From NCBI GenBank assembly GCA_934167485.1, contig CAKPKL010000007.1:12186-76185 (forward strand): 64,000 nucleotides of DNA, in the 5' to 3' direction. Source of the DNA: an uncultured Bacilli bacterium. GTDB taxonomy: Bacteria; Bacillota_I; Bacilli_A; RF39; UBA660. Below, piece by piece: positions 17,339-27,600 of the stretch (positions are counted from its first letter, which is position 1; each line of letters begins with the position of its first letter). The translations under genes and the position numbers were made by a program. Under the pieces are notes generated by a model. It ran no database searches. It was given only the letters and a program-made list of their open reading frames with translations, and was not told where the DNA came from.

Positions 17339-17668
17339 CTAATACTTAATTATTTTAAAATCTAAAGGATCTTCATTGATTATTTCTAAAGAGTATTTTA
17401 TCTTAAGTAATTTAATAACTTCAGCTTTAGCTTTTTTATAATTTTTACACACCAGATTAAAAGTATCAAAAGCAGAATTAAAGTGTTGCTTAAAAGTTGC
17501 TTCCCACATAGCATTTCTATAAAAAGAACTAGCAATATAAAATGCTATAACTTCAGGAATAACATATTCTTCTAAATAACTATCATAGTTTTCATAAAAT
17601 GGGTCAATAACCTTTTCACACTCTTCATCACTTATATCTTCATCAGTACATTTTCTTAACATAGACAC
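17339..17668 (-). CDS. Hypothetical acidic protein (109 aa)
   Basis: ORF with RBS ggaggtg. It ends in a TAG 3 codons before the integrase ORF, in the same frame. Confidence 0.5.
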   Translation of the reverse strand: MSMLRKCTDEDISDEECEKVIDPFYENYDSYLEEYVIPEVIAFYIASSFYRNAMWEATFKQHFNSAFDTFNLVCKNYKKAKAEVIKLLKIKYSLEIINEDPLDFKIIKY

Positions 17669-17832
17669 CTCCGTATGTATTAATCACTTAAAAAACGTTT
17701 TTTTACAATAGTTTTAATTCAAAAATTGAAAATTACATTGTTATTATGCGCAAAACATCATAATTTGTCGAAAAAATGTGATATAATTGATATTGAATAT
17801 GTGGAGTATAATGGGAAGTAAGAGGTAGAAGT

Positions 17833-19788
17833 ATGGATAATAATGTAAGAGCTGAATTAATAAAAATATTAGCAAGTGGAAATAGTATTCCAGAAACATA
17901 TAAAGATATTATTTTTCCAACTATAAATAAGGAATATGAATTATCTTATGCAGGAAAAATGAGAGCCGAAGATGTATTATCTTGCAATGATGGTGTTTAT
18001 TCTATGCCACTGCAAATTGAAAAATCATTTAAAACAGATGAATCAGAGTGGAATAACATAATATGTTTTGGGGACAATTTACAATTGTTAAAAACAATTA
18101 ATGAGAATGTTGATCCAATCATAAAAGACAAAGTAAAAGGTAAAGTAAAATTAATATATATAGATCCACCATTTGCAACTGAAGATGAGTTTAAAAATAA
18201 AGATGGTGCTAAGGCATATAATGATAAAGTAAAGGGTGCTGATTTTATTGAATTTATGCGTAGAAGATTAATTCTAGCAAAAGAAATATTAGCGGATGAT
18301 GGTTCAATATTTGTTCATTTGGATATGAAAATGAGTAATTATATAAAAATAATATTAGATGAGGTTTTTGGTAAAAATAACCTATTAAATGAGATTATTT
18401 GGCATTTTAGAACATATCAAGGGCAAACAGACAAGTATTATCCAAGAAAGCATAATGTTATATATTGGTATAAAAAGAAAAATAATCCTACTTTTAAATT
18501 AGATTATGATGATGATTATGAAGATACTGTTGATGCTGAAAGATGGAGAAAATATGTTGTTAATGGTAATGAAATACGTGGTAATAAATTTCCAAAATCT
18601 GATTCTAGATTTAAGGGATATTATGATAGATTTGTTAAAGAACACGGAAGAAAGCCAAATAAAGATGACATAATAATGAAAATAAATGGATATGTTGTAG
18701 ATGATGTTTGGGTTGACATAAATGCGGTAGACCCTAAAGACAAAATTGAAAAAACAGGATATCCGACTCAAAAACCTGAACAATTGTTAAGAAGAATAAT
18801 TGAAACAACTACAGAAAAGGGAGATTTGATATTTGATTTCTTTGGGGGATCTGGTACAACTTCAGCTGTTGCTGAAAAATTAGGAAGACGATGGATAACG
18901 TGCGATTTAGGAAAGTTATCATATTATACAATCCAAAAAAGAATTATAAATATAGGAAATTCAAAAGACTTGTTTGATCCAACAAAAAAATATAATAAAA
19001 ATCCAAGTAATTTTATAACTTGTCAATTAGGATTGTATGATTTAAATTCAGTAATTAATCTTCCATGGGAACAATATGTGGAATTTGTTTCTGATTTGTT
19101 TGAAATTAAGTTAAAAAAGAATAAGGTAAATGGAATCGAATTTGATGGAACAAAAAATTTAGAACCAACTTTAATATGGGATTTTAATAAGTATAAAGAT
19201 GTTATAATTGATGAAAATTATATTAATAACTTAAATCTTAATTTAGCAAATAAGTATGAAGGTAATATTTATATAGTAGCTCCAGCAAATTGTTTTGATT
19301 TCATTGAGGATTACTATGAAATTAATAATAATAGATACTACTTTTTGAAAATACCTTATCAGATTATAAGAGAATTGCATAAAGTGCCTTTCAAAAAGAT
19401 ATTACAGCCTAATAGTAAAAATAATGTTAATAGTATTGATGAATCTATTGGTTTTCATTTCATTAAGCAACCTACTGTTAAGAGTAAAGTTACTAAAAAG
19501 GACAATGAATTATTAATTTCACTTAAAGAGTTTAAGAGTTATTATTATAAGGATGAAGACGGAAAAATATTAAAAAATTTTGAAACACTATCTGCAATGT
19601 TTGTAGATTATGATTATCATGAACCATTTATTATTGACGATGTTTTTTTTGCAGATGAATTTAAAAAAGAATCTGACAATCTCGTAATAAAAGTTAACAC
19701 CAAAAAAATTGGCAAAAAAATAATGCTAATTTATGTTGATATTTATGGTAATGAATTTAAAGAAATTATTCAGTTAGGTGGTAAATAA
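17833..19788 (+). CDS. mod: Type III R-M DNA methyltransferase (Mod), beta-class N6A/N4C
   Basis: Motif IV LIYIDPPF lies before motif I FDFFGGSGTTSAVAEKLGRRWI. The length (651 aa) and the adjacent res gene fit. Confidence 0.85.
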   Translation: MDNNVRAELIKILASGNSIPETYKDIIFPTINKEYELSYAGKMRAEDVLSCNDGVYSMPLQIEKSFKTDESEWNNIICFGDNLQLLKTINENVDPIIKDKVKGKVKLIYIDPPFATEDEFKNKDGAKAYNDKVKGADFIEFMRRRLILAKEILADDGSIFVHLDMKMSNYIKIILDEVFGKNNLLNEIIWHFRTYQGQTDKYYPRKHNVIYWYKKKNNPTFKLDYDDDYEDTVDAERWRKYVVNGNEIRGNKFPKSDSRFKGYYDRFVKEHGRKPNKDDIIMKINGYVVDDVWVDINAVDPKDKIEKTGYPTQKPEQLLRRIIETTTEKGDLIFDFFGGSGTTSAVAEKLGRRWITCDLGKLSYYTIQKRIINIGNSKDLFDPTKKYNKNPSNFITCQLGLYDLNSVINLPWEQYVEFVSDLFEIKLKKNKVNGIEFDGTKNLEPTLIWDFNKYKDVIIDENYINNLNLNLANKYEGNIYIVAPANCFDFIEDYYEINNNRYYFLKIPYQIIRELHKVPFKKILQPNSKNNVNSIDESIGFHFIKQPTVKSKVTKKDNELLISLKEFKSYYYKDEDGKILKNFETLSAMFVDYDYHEPFIIDDVFFADEFKKESDNLVIKVNTKKIGKKIMLIYVDIYGNEFKEIIQLGGK

Positions 19789-19789
19789 A

Positions 19790-22375
19790 ATGAATAACGA
19801 TGCAAATTTAATATTTAATTTAGATGATTTAATTTTAAAGGTTAATCATTATTACGATACATCAAAATATAATTTAGAAGTTTGGGAAAACTATTTGAAC
19901 ATATTAACAGAAGGAAGAACATATCAAAAGGAAGCTATTTTATCGGCTATTTATTACTTAATAGATGCAAATGTTCCAGATTTGAAGACTCTTGCATATA
20001 ATAATTTTAATCAAAATCAATATTTAAAAAGCAAATATAATAATAACTTCTATGAGTTTGAATCTAATCTACAACTTCCTAGCAAAAAATATGCTACCAT
20101 TGATTTGGCAACAGGAACAGGTAAGTCATACGTTCTGTATGGTATCTCTCAAATACTTTTAGGAATAGGTTTTGTGGAAAGAGTTTTATTATTATGCCCA
20201 TCAACAACAATAGAATATGAGTTAACAAAGAAATTCAAAGAATTAAGTCAAAATAATGTGTTGTCTGATTTAATACCAGAGGAAGCTATTATAAAAACAC
20301 CAAGAATAGTAGATGCTAATGTTTCTGTAAAATTAGGAGATATATGTATTGAAAACATTCATTCGGTATACGAAAACACAGGGTCTTCTATTGATGATAG
20401 TTTTACAGGTACAGGAATAAATACTCTTGTATTAAATGATGAAGCACACCATATATTTAATAATGTTAGTTATTCAGGTAGAAATGAAACAAGTGAATTA
20501 AAGAAATGGAAAGAGTTTTTGTTAAACGACAAATACAACTTTCAATATGTGATTGGAACTACTGGAACGGCATATATTGAAAATGAGTATTTTTGTGATG
20601 TTATATATAGATATTCATTAAACAAAGCAATAGAAGATAGGATTGTAAAAAACATTAATTATGTATTGAAGGACGATGAAATAAGTGAAAATGAAAAATT
20701 CACTAAAATATATCAAAATCATAGTGATTATAAAAAATTGTATTCTAAAATAAAGCCTATAACTATTTTTGTAACAAAAGATAAACAAAATTGTAATAGT
20801 GTTACAAATAAATTGAAAGATTATTTGAAAAAGTTTGAAAACATTACAGATGAAGAAGCTGATAAAAAAGTATTAATAGTTACATCAGCTCCTGAACACA
20901 AAAATAATGTAGCAATACTAAGAAGTGTTGATAATAGTGATAATGATGTTGAATGGATAGTATCTGTATCGATGTTAACAGAAGGCTGGGATGTAAAAAA
21001 TGTATTTCAAATTGTTCCATGGGAAGATCGTGCTTTCAATTCTAAATTATTAATTTCACAAGTTTTAGGAAGAGGTTTAAGAATTCCTAAAGAATACCAA
21101 ACTCCACAACCAGTTGTAACAATATTCAATCATGCGTCATGGACTAAAAATATCAGAAGTTTTGTTGACCAAATATTAGAGATATCAGATAGAATAACTT
21201 CAAATATAATTATAGAAGGAAAAAGAGCTAAATATAATTTTGATTTATATAATATCAATTATGAGAAGGCACTTATAGAAAAAGAACATAAAAAGAATAA
21301 AACCTTTGATTATAGCAGAATGCAAAAAGAAGGAATAAAACTTGAATCTCAGGTATTGAAATATAACAAAGTTGTTGAATTCACAGACGTTTTAGAAAAC
21401 AAAATTATTGAAAAACAATTTGAAATCAACGAAGAAACTTATACGGTTGATGAGGTTGTTGACAAGATATATGATGAGTTTCAACTGAGAGAATGGGAAG
21501 GCATTACTTTAAAACTTGGTTTAGAGAAATATACAAAAAATAATTTACCGCCTAGAGATGAGATTAAGAAAATTGTTTTAAATTCAATGAAAAAAGTTGG
21601 AATAGATGGAAAACTTTTAACAATAAAAAACAGAAATTCAATATTAAAAGCATTTAATACTCTTTTAAGACAAAATGGTAAAACTGTAGAATATATTAAT
21701 ATTGAGAAAGATTTAGAAATTGTTAAAACTAATGTAATGGCTTCTCAAAGTACAAATATTCTTAATTTAAAAAGAGGAGAAACAACAATTTTTCATACAA
21801 ATGAGTGGAAACAAGAAGTTGATAATAAAAACTTAATTGTTTTTGAAAAGGTACTTGATGATGGAACAATGCCACGACAATCTACGCATGAGGTAAATAT
21901 CAATAATTTCAAAACTCCTGTTGATTTAGTAATTGTAAATGGATCTCCAGAGAGAAAATTTGTATCACAACTAATTGAAAATAATAATGCTAACATTATT
22001 GACTCGTGGATTAAATCTAGAGATAAGAATTTTTATTCAATTGATTATACTTGGAGAAAAAACGGGCATCAAATGTCAAATTCAGCATTCAATCCTGATT
22101 TTTTCATAAAACTAACTGAAGATGGTATTGATACTATTGTTGTAGTTGAAATTAAGGATGATGGTGATGATAGTGATGAAAATAAGGCTAAGTATAGATA
22201 TGCTTTAGATCACTTTGAAAATTTAAATGAAAAGTTAGAAAATAGTGGTATAAATCAAAAATACATTTTTCACTTCTTAAGTCCAATATCATATAATGCA
22301 TTTTTTGAATACTTAGGAAACCATAAAATAGAACAATTTAAATGTGATTTAGAAAACTTATTAGAAGAAAATTAG
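19790..22375 (+). CDS. res: Type III restriction enzyme Res subunit (helicase plus C-terminal PD-ExK nuclease)
   Basis: DLATGTGKS (motif I), LNDEAHH (DEAH), TEGWDV, and the C-terminal NPDFFIKL...VVVEIKDD. The ATG at 19790 follows the mod stop by 1 nt, with RBS aggtgg. Confidence 0.85.
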   Translation: MNNDANLIFNLDDLILKVNHYYDTSKYNLEVWENYLNILTEGRTYQKEAILSAIYYLIDANVPDLKTLAYNNFNQNQYLKSKYNNNFYEFESNLQLPSKKYATIDLATGTGKSYVLYGISQILLGIGFVERVLLLCPSTTIEYELTKKFKELSQNNVLSDLIPEEAIIKTPRIVDANVSVKLGDICIENIHSVYENTGSSIDDSFTGTGINTLVLNDEAHHIFNNVSYSGRNETSELKKWKEFLLNDKYNFQYVIGTTGTAYIENEYFCDVIYRYSLNKAIEDRIVKNINYVLKDDEISENEKFTKIYQNHSDYKKLYSKIKPITIFVTKDKQNCNSVTNKLKDYLKKFENITDEEADKKVLIVTSAPEHKNNVAILRSVDNSDNDVEWIVSVSMLTEGWDVKNVFQIVPWEDRAFNSKLLISQVLGRGLRIPKEYQTPQPVVTIFNHASWTKNIRSFVDQILEISDRITSNIIIEGKRAKYNFDLYNINYEKALIEKEHKKNKTFDYSRMQKEGIKLESQVLKYNKVVEFTDVLENKIIEKQFEINEETYTVDEVVDKIYDEFQLREWEGITLKLGLEKYTKNNLPPRDEIKKIVLNSMKKVGIDGKLLTIKNRNSILKAFNTLLRQNGKTVEYINIEKDLEIVKTNVMASQSTNILNLKRGETTIFHTNEWKQEVDNKNLIVFEKVLDDGTMPRQSTHEVNINNFKTPVDLVIVNGSPERKFVSQLIENNNANIIDSWIKSRDKNFYSIDYTWRKNGHQMSNSAFNPDFFIKLTEDGIDTIVVVEIKDDGDDSDENKAKYRYALDHFENLNEKLENSGINQKYIFHFLSPISYNAFFEYLGNHKIEQFKCDLENLLEEN

Positions 22376-22487
22376 AAAAGGCATTTTATGTCTTTTTTTA
22401 TCATTTTAAATTAGAATAATTATATAAAAAAGAAATATTTTGGATATTTGTGATATAATTATAATTAAAGGAATTGGAGATGTAATT

Positions 22488-23119
22488 ATGTCCTTTGATT
22501 ATAAAAAAGAATATAAAGAATTTTATATGCCTAAGAATAAACCATGTATAGTTGAAATACCTAAAATGAATTACATTGCAGTACGAGGTAATGGTAATCC
22601 AAATGAAGAAAATGATGATTATCAGAATACTATTGGATTATTATCTGGAATTGCTTATACAATAAAAATGATTTCTAAAGGAACACACAAAATAAATGGC
22701 TTTTTTGAATATGTTGTTCCACCACTTGAAGGATTCTGGTGGCAAGATGGATTAAAAGAAAGCATTGATTATAATAATAAAGGTGCTATGCATTTTATAT
22801 CAATTATTAGATTACTAGATTTTGTTACTAAGGAAGACTTTGATTGTGCAATTGAAGAAGCGACTAAAAAGAAAAAATGGATTTTTCTAGAGTAGAATTT
22901 TTAACTAATGATGAAGGTGTATGTGTTCAATGTATGCATATTTGAAGTTATGATGATGAACCAGCCACAGTTGAATTAATGCACAATTTTATGAAAGAAA
23001 ATGGATATGAATTAGATATAACAGATAAAAGATATCATCATGAAATATATTTAAGTGATCTACGAAAATGTGATGTAAGTAAATTAAAGACTGTAATAAG
23101 ACATCCAATAAGGAAGTAG
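22488..23119 (+). pseudogene. GyrI-like small-molecule-binding domain gene, disrupted by a frameshift and an in-frame TGA
   Basis: The frame breaks in the A-run near 22870. The +1 frame continues MDFSRVEFLTNDEGVCVQCMHI*SYDDEPATVELMHNFMKENGYELDITDKRYHHEIYLSD...RHPIRK*, which is the expected C-terminal half. Confidence 0.7.
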
Positions 23120-23127
23120 GTGTTGGC

Positions 23128-23679
23128 GTGAATTATAGTTTTAAAATTTTTCAAAAAAATGCTGTAATAAGATTTTTAGCATTAGATAAGTATAATTATA
23201 TAATGGAAAATATTTATAAATGCGATATAAGTAAAGATGGTGAATTTCAAAAGGTATTTAATGCATTTTATCGTGTAAGAAGAGATGAAAAATGGCGAAA
23301 AGTATTTTATACTTACTTTGAATCAATTAAAGATAAAAAGAATATAACATTTGAAGAAATAGTTAGTTACATGTACAAGAAAACAGGAAATATTGAAGCA
23401 TCTTTTTGTAGTAAACTTTTATCTACACTAAATCCTAATATGCCAATCTGGGATCAATATGTATTAGCTAATTTAGATTTGGATGTAAAAGAGAAAACAA
23501 AAGTAGAAAAATTAAAAGATACTATAGCAGTTTATAATAAAATAATTGAAATAGAAAATAACAAACTTAAACAAAAAGATATCCAGCAAGCTATAAAAGA
23601 TTTTAAAGAACACTTTCCTGAATATAATTTATCAGATATAAAAATATTGGATTATATACTATGGAATAGTAGAAATTAA
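23128..23679 (+). CDS. Hypothetical protein (183 aa, GTG start)
   Basis: ORF only. No motif recognised. Confidence 0.5.
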   Translation: MNYSFKIFQKNAVIRFLALDKYNYIMENIYKCDISKDGEFQKVFNAFYRVRRDEKWRKVFYTYFESIKDKKNITFEEIVSYMYKKTGNIEASFCSKLLSTLNPNMPIWDQYVLANLDLDVKEKTKVEKLKDTIAVYNKIIEIENNKLKQKDIQQAIKDFKEHFPEYNLSDIKILDYILWNSRN

Positions 23680-23835
23680 GAACTAAAAATGAATATAGAT
23701 GCCAAGTTTGGTGTTATATATTAATTTAAAAACACACTAATAAATACCATTTTATTAAGGTAAAAACAAAAATATAACGGCTCTAAAAGGTCGTTTTTAA
23801 AAGAAATTAACATACAAAACATTTGTTTGTTTGAT

Positions 23836-23877
23836 CCCCCTAAAGAGAACGTAGTGATATATTCTCATTTTGTTTAT
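23836..23877 (+). repeat. Junction repeat D (rightmost, probably the displaced ancestral copy): CCCCCTAAAG, hairpin GAGAA..TTCTC, ATTTTGTTTAT
   Basis: Aligned by eye with repeats A to C. Confidence 0.6.
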
Positions 23878-24185
23878 ATTAAAGGGTTTCATATTTGTTA
23901 AGTAATTTTAGTTACACAAGTGTTAAATAAATTTTATATTACCATTAACCAATAATTTTGAAATAGAAAAATATTTTATTAATCCCAAATTTAAAATAAT
24001 AAATGTATTAATAGTTTTTATAATATTTTATGTGAAATGTTTGTGAATTTTAGCACTCATCGCTTGACTTTGCCAATCTAAAGTGGTAACATTATATACG
24101 TAAGGTTGAGATACTTACAGGTATTAAATTTATATGTATGTGCTACCTTAGGGTGTCAACACATAAAGAAAGGAAGTAGATTTGT

Positions 24186-24602
24186 ATGATGCTAGTACCT
24201 AAGAGTAATTTTGATTTGTTTGATGATATTTTTGGAGATCCATTCTTTATTAAAAATGAGAATAAGGTAATGAAGACTGATATTAGAGAAAGAGATAATA
24301 GTTATATTATTGATGTTGATTTACCAGGATTCAATAAAGATGATATTAAGATCGATGTAACTGATGGATATCTAACTATAAATGCAAAAATGAGTTCTGA
24401 AGACAAAGAAGAAAAAAATGAAAAATATGTAAGAAGGGAAAGATATTTTGGTGAATGTTCTCGTAGTTTCTATGTAGGTGAGAATGTTGAATCAGAAAAT
24501 ATTAAAGCTTCGTTTAAAAACGGTATTTTAAGTTTGGAAATTCCAAAAGTTGATGAAAAAGAAAAATTACCTGAAAAGAAATATATTGAAATTAGTGAAT
24601 AA
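24186..24602 (+). CDS. Small heat-shock protein, Hsp20/alpha-crystallin family
   Basis: Alpha-crystallin domain pattern DIRERDNSYIIDVDLPGFNKDDIKIDV...GILSLEIPK. Confidence 0.9.
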   Translation: MMLVPKSNFDLFDDIFGDPFFIKNENKVMKTDIRERDNSYIIDVDLPGFNKDDIKIDVTDGYLTINAKMSSEDKEEKNEKYVRRERYFGECSRSFYVGENVESENIKASFKNGILSLEIPKVDEKEKLPEKKYIEISE

Positions 24603-24633
24603 AAGGATAAAGATGGGCTTTATCCTTTTTTTT
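24603..24633 (+). terminator. Intrinsic terminator of hsp20 (AAGGATAAAG-atggg-CTTTATCCTT followed by T8)
   Basis: Read directly from the sequence. Confidence 0.8.
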
Positions 24634-24634
24634 G

Positions 24635-24663
24635 TTGACAATATTTGGGTTTTGGTGTAGAAT
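24635..24663 (+). promoter_or_regulatory. Sigma-A-type promoter TTGACA, 17 nt, TAGAAT, driving the 24691-30343 operon
   Basis: Hexamers and spacing read directly from the sequence. Confidence 0.6.
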
Positions 24664-24690
24664 ATCTTGAGGTTTTAGGGGGATAAAATA

Positions 24691-27600
24691 ATGTTGATAA
24701 CTAGTAAAAATATATTAAGAATATTAGAAGATGATTCTATACCACTTTCTGAGAAAGATGATATTGTAGAAAAAAATAAATATGTTTTAGAACACTCATT
24801 TAATAAGTTAACCAATGAACAAATAATTAACTATCTTTTAAATTCTAAAATACCAAAAAGTGCTAAAAGAGTACTATCAAATAATATTGATTCATTAAAA
24901 GAAAAATCAAAAAATAAAAGAAGATTATTTATAAAAAAATTATTTGAAGATAGTATTAATTTTTGGACTCTTAATTATTACGATAAAAAAGATAAAAAGA
25001 ATCTTATAAGATTAGATAACATCAAAAAAGAATTTGTAAAACAAAATAAAGTAAGAGAAAGCGACTTATATCATGATTACATTCCAAAATCAATTAAAGA
25101 AATTATAATAAGCGACATTTATAAAGGTGATTTAAATAAATTAATTTGTGAGTCTACTTTACCTATTAAATTAAAAAAAGAAATAATAGATATTGTATAC
25201 GATGATAACAATTGTGTTGATTTATTGACTGATTTAAAAAATGATGATCTTAAAAATTATATTCTTCATACTAAATTTAACAGTATAAATGGTATAGCAT
25301 TCGCTATAGCTTCTCTTAGATTAGATGATGAATGTAAAAAGTATATTGCTAAAAATAGGATAAATGTATATAACATATATGAAATAGCTATACAATTTTC
25401 ATATATTACTCAATATAAACAGTTTATAATTGAAAATTGTTATCCTATTCTTCAAGAATGTATAAAGAAAATACCTAGAAGAAAACTTTTTAGGAAATTA
25501 TATGATTCTCGTAATAGGGATTTTATGTCTGATTTGATTGTGGAGCAAAGAGAAGAAGATATAAATAAACAGATGAAAAAAATTATATTTCCATTTTCAT
25601 TTAATGAAAAGGTACTTAGTAGTCAAAATGAAAAATTAATTAAACTTGCAATAAAAAAACATCCATACAAACTTATTTTAACAATTTTATTTTCAAATGG
25701 GGAAGAGACATTGGAATGGCTAAACATTGATAGTATATCAAATGAATTTAAGAATTTTATTGTAAAAATAAGTTCTCCAAAAATAAATAGGACTATAAAA
25801 AAAATTAAATCTAATTATATAATTTATAAATTTATGACAAAAGATAGTAGTTTACCAAAGCAACTTCAAGATAGAATTTTAAATATACGTAAAAATTCAA
25901 TAGTGCAGCAAATAGATAAATTAGATGATCGAAATGTAGCCCATTTATTGTCTGATAATTTATTTATAGATTCAATAAGGGATTTAATAATAAAACTTAA
26001 AATTAATGAAAATAATATAATAGACATTTTATCAAATATTGAAGATGAAAATGTAATGTGTAATATTATTGAAGAAAAAAATGATATAATAAAAAAAATA
26101 TTAAATAGTTTAGATAATGACCAATTATTTAAATTAAATAAGATATATAATGGTAAATTAAAAAATAATATAATTTTTAGTAATGAGACTTATTTTATTT
26201 CTAGATTAAAGCAAGTTGATGAAGTAACTCTATATAATAAGTTAGATGATTTAAAAACCGATATGATGATTAAGTATGTTATTCTAAAAATTATGGGTAT
26301 GGAAGAAGCAGATATAATTGATTGCTTAATGCTTATTAATATTATTGATAGTAGAACGGTTATTTATAATTATAAAGTGATAAAAGAATTTATTGAAAAT
26401 TGTAATGTAAGCTTTTCAGCATTTGTACAATATGGATCTGGAACTGAAAAACATAGAGAATGGTTATCAAAAATTTTAAATATAATAAATGATGATAAAT
26501 CAAAAGACTTTATTAAAGTAAAAGAATATATGTTTAATAATTTTTATGGCGATGACAAATATAAAGAAAATATGGTATCTACAATATCTAATTTTTTAGA
26601 ACTTTTAGATAATTTTTCAGACAATTATGATGTACTTATTTCATTAGTTTCTAATAATAGAAAACTAATTCCAAAAGATAGATTAAATTTGCAATTTATA
26701 TTTAATAATAAACTCTCTTGTGAAAATATAGATCAAATATCTGATATGAGAATAAATTTATATGAAAAATATAAAAAAATAATTAATGATCCAAATTCTA
26801 GTTTAAATAGTCTAAAACAAGTATGTCATGAATTGATTTTTAAACAAGCTGTAGATACATTGAGTAGTATAGGCGGAGTTAGGACTTTAGTTATGTTAAA
26901 AAATGAATATAACGAATCTAGCGATATTTGCAAGTTAATAGATGAATTAATAGTTTATTCAAAAATAATAGAGAAATTAAGTACTACGAAAGATGAAATA
27001 GGACTTAGAAATTCATTGAAATATATATTTGGTAATGATTATAATGATTTGATGAGATATGAAAATATTTTTTCACAATTTGATAAAAAAGTTTTAAAAT
27101 TATTTGAACTTGATTCAAAATATAATTTGACACACATAGAAGACGCACGCAAAATTGATGGTACACTTGATTTAAAATTATGTTCTAAATATGGTGGCGA
27201 AGTTTTTGATTTTTCTGATAAAAATTATTGTTTGTATGCACATGTATTAAGTTTTGAGGAAAAAGTAGAAAATTTATTAAGAGGAAAATCTGATGGTTAT
27301 AGTAATTTTATATCAGTAAGTCCTATAAGTTATTTAGGACAAAAATATTACTATGACTATTCTAATATGATTTTAGCGTTTGATAATATTCCAAGAGGTA
27401 GTTTTATATGTAGTTCTGTTTCTAATATGGGAAGTAACAGTGACATAAAACATAATTCTTTTGAAGTTAGAAATGTATGTAGAACTCAAAGGGGAATATT
27501 AGAAACGAGTGCGGTTACAAAAAATAATTCAGAAGCACTATTATATAGAGAGGGGTTAAAACCTTGTGGAATTATCCTAATTAATGGAAAAATTCCGACA

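Larger units (their letters stand above)
15451..23877. mobile_element. Integrated element E3, carrying a TM-protein cargo gene, an N-terminally short tyrosine integrase, a Type III R-M system, a GyrI-like pseudogene and a hypothetical gene
   Basis: Bounded by junction repeats C and D. TAGGTACC repeats lie at 15543-15561, and a degenerate copy (ATACCATTTTATTAAGGTAAAA) sits near 23745-23770. Confidence 0.6.

Noticed and set aside
17336-17341. The 109-aa ORF and the E3 integrase share a frame, separated by one TAG. I considered a single longer integrase with a readthrough or nonsense site.
   Set aside because: Most of the 109-aa sequence is acidic and helical and does not resemble an integrase arm-binding domain. 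Sharing a frame has a one-in-three chance. I kept it only as a note within the E3 finding.
22900-22960. An in-frame TGA at a position where I recall a conserved Gly in the GyrI-like gene raised the possibility of TGA being read as Gly or Trp (alternative genetic code).
   Set aside because: recG (3352-3354) and the XRE gene (12907-12909) terminate at TGA exactly where homologues end. The same gene also carries a frameshift. A pseudogene is the simpler explanation.
24050-24076. TTAGCACTC upstream of hsp20 matches the left half of the CIRCE (HrcA) operator.
   Set aside because: After the 9-nt spacer the right half is CTTTGCCAA versus the consensus GAGTGCTAA (5 of 9 matches). The inverted repeat is not formed, so this is at best a degenerate remnant.
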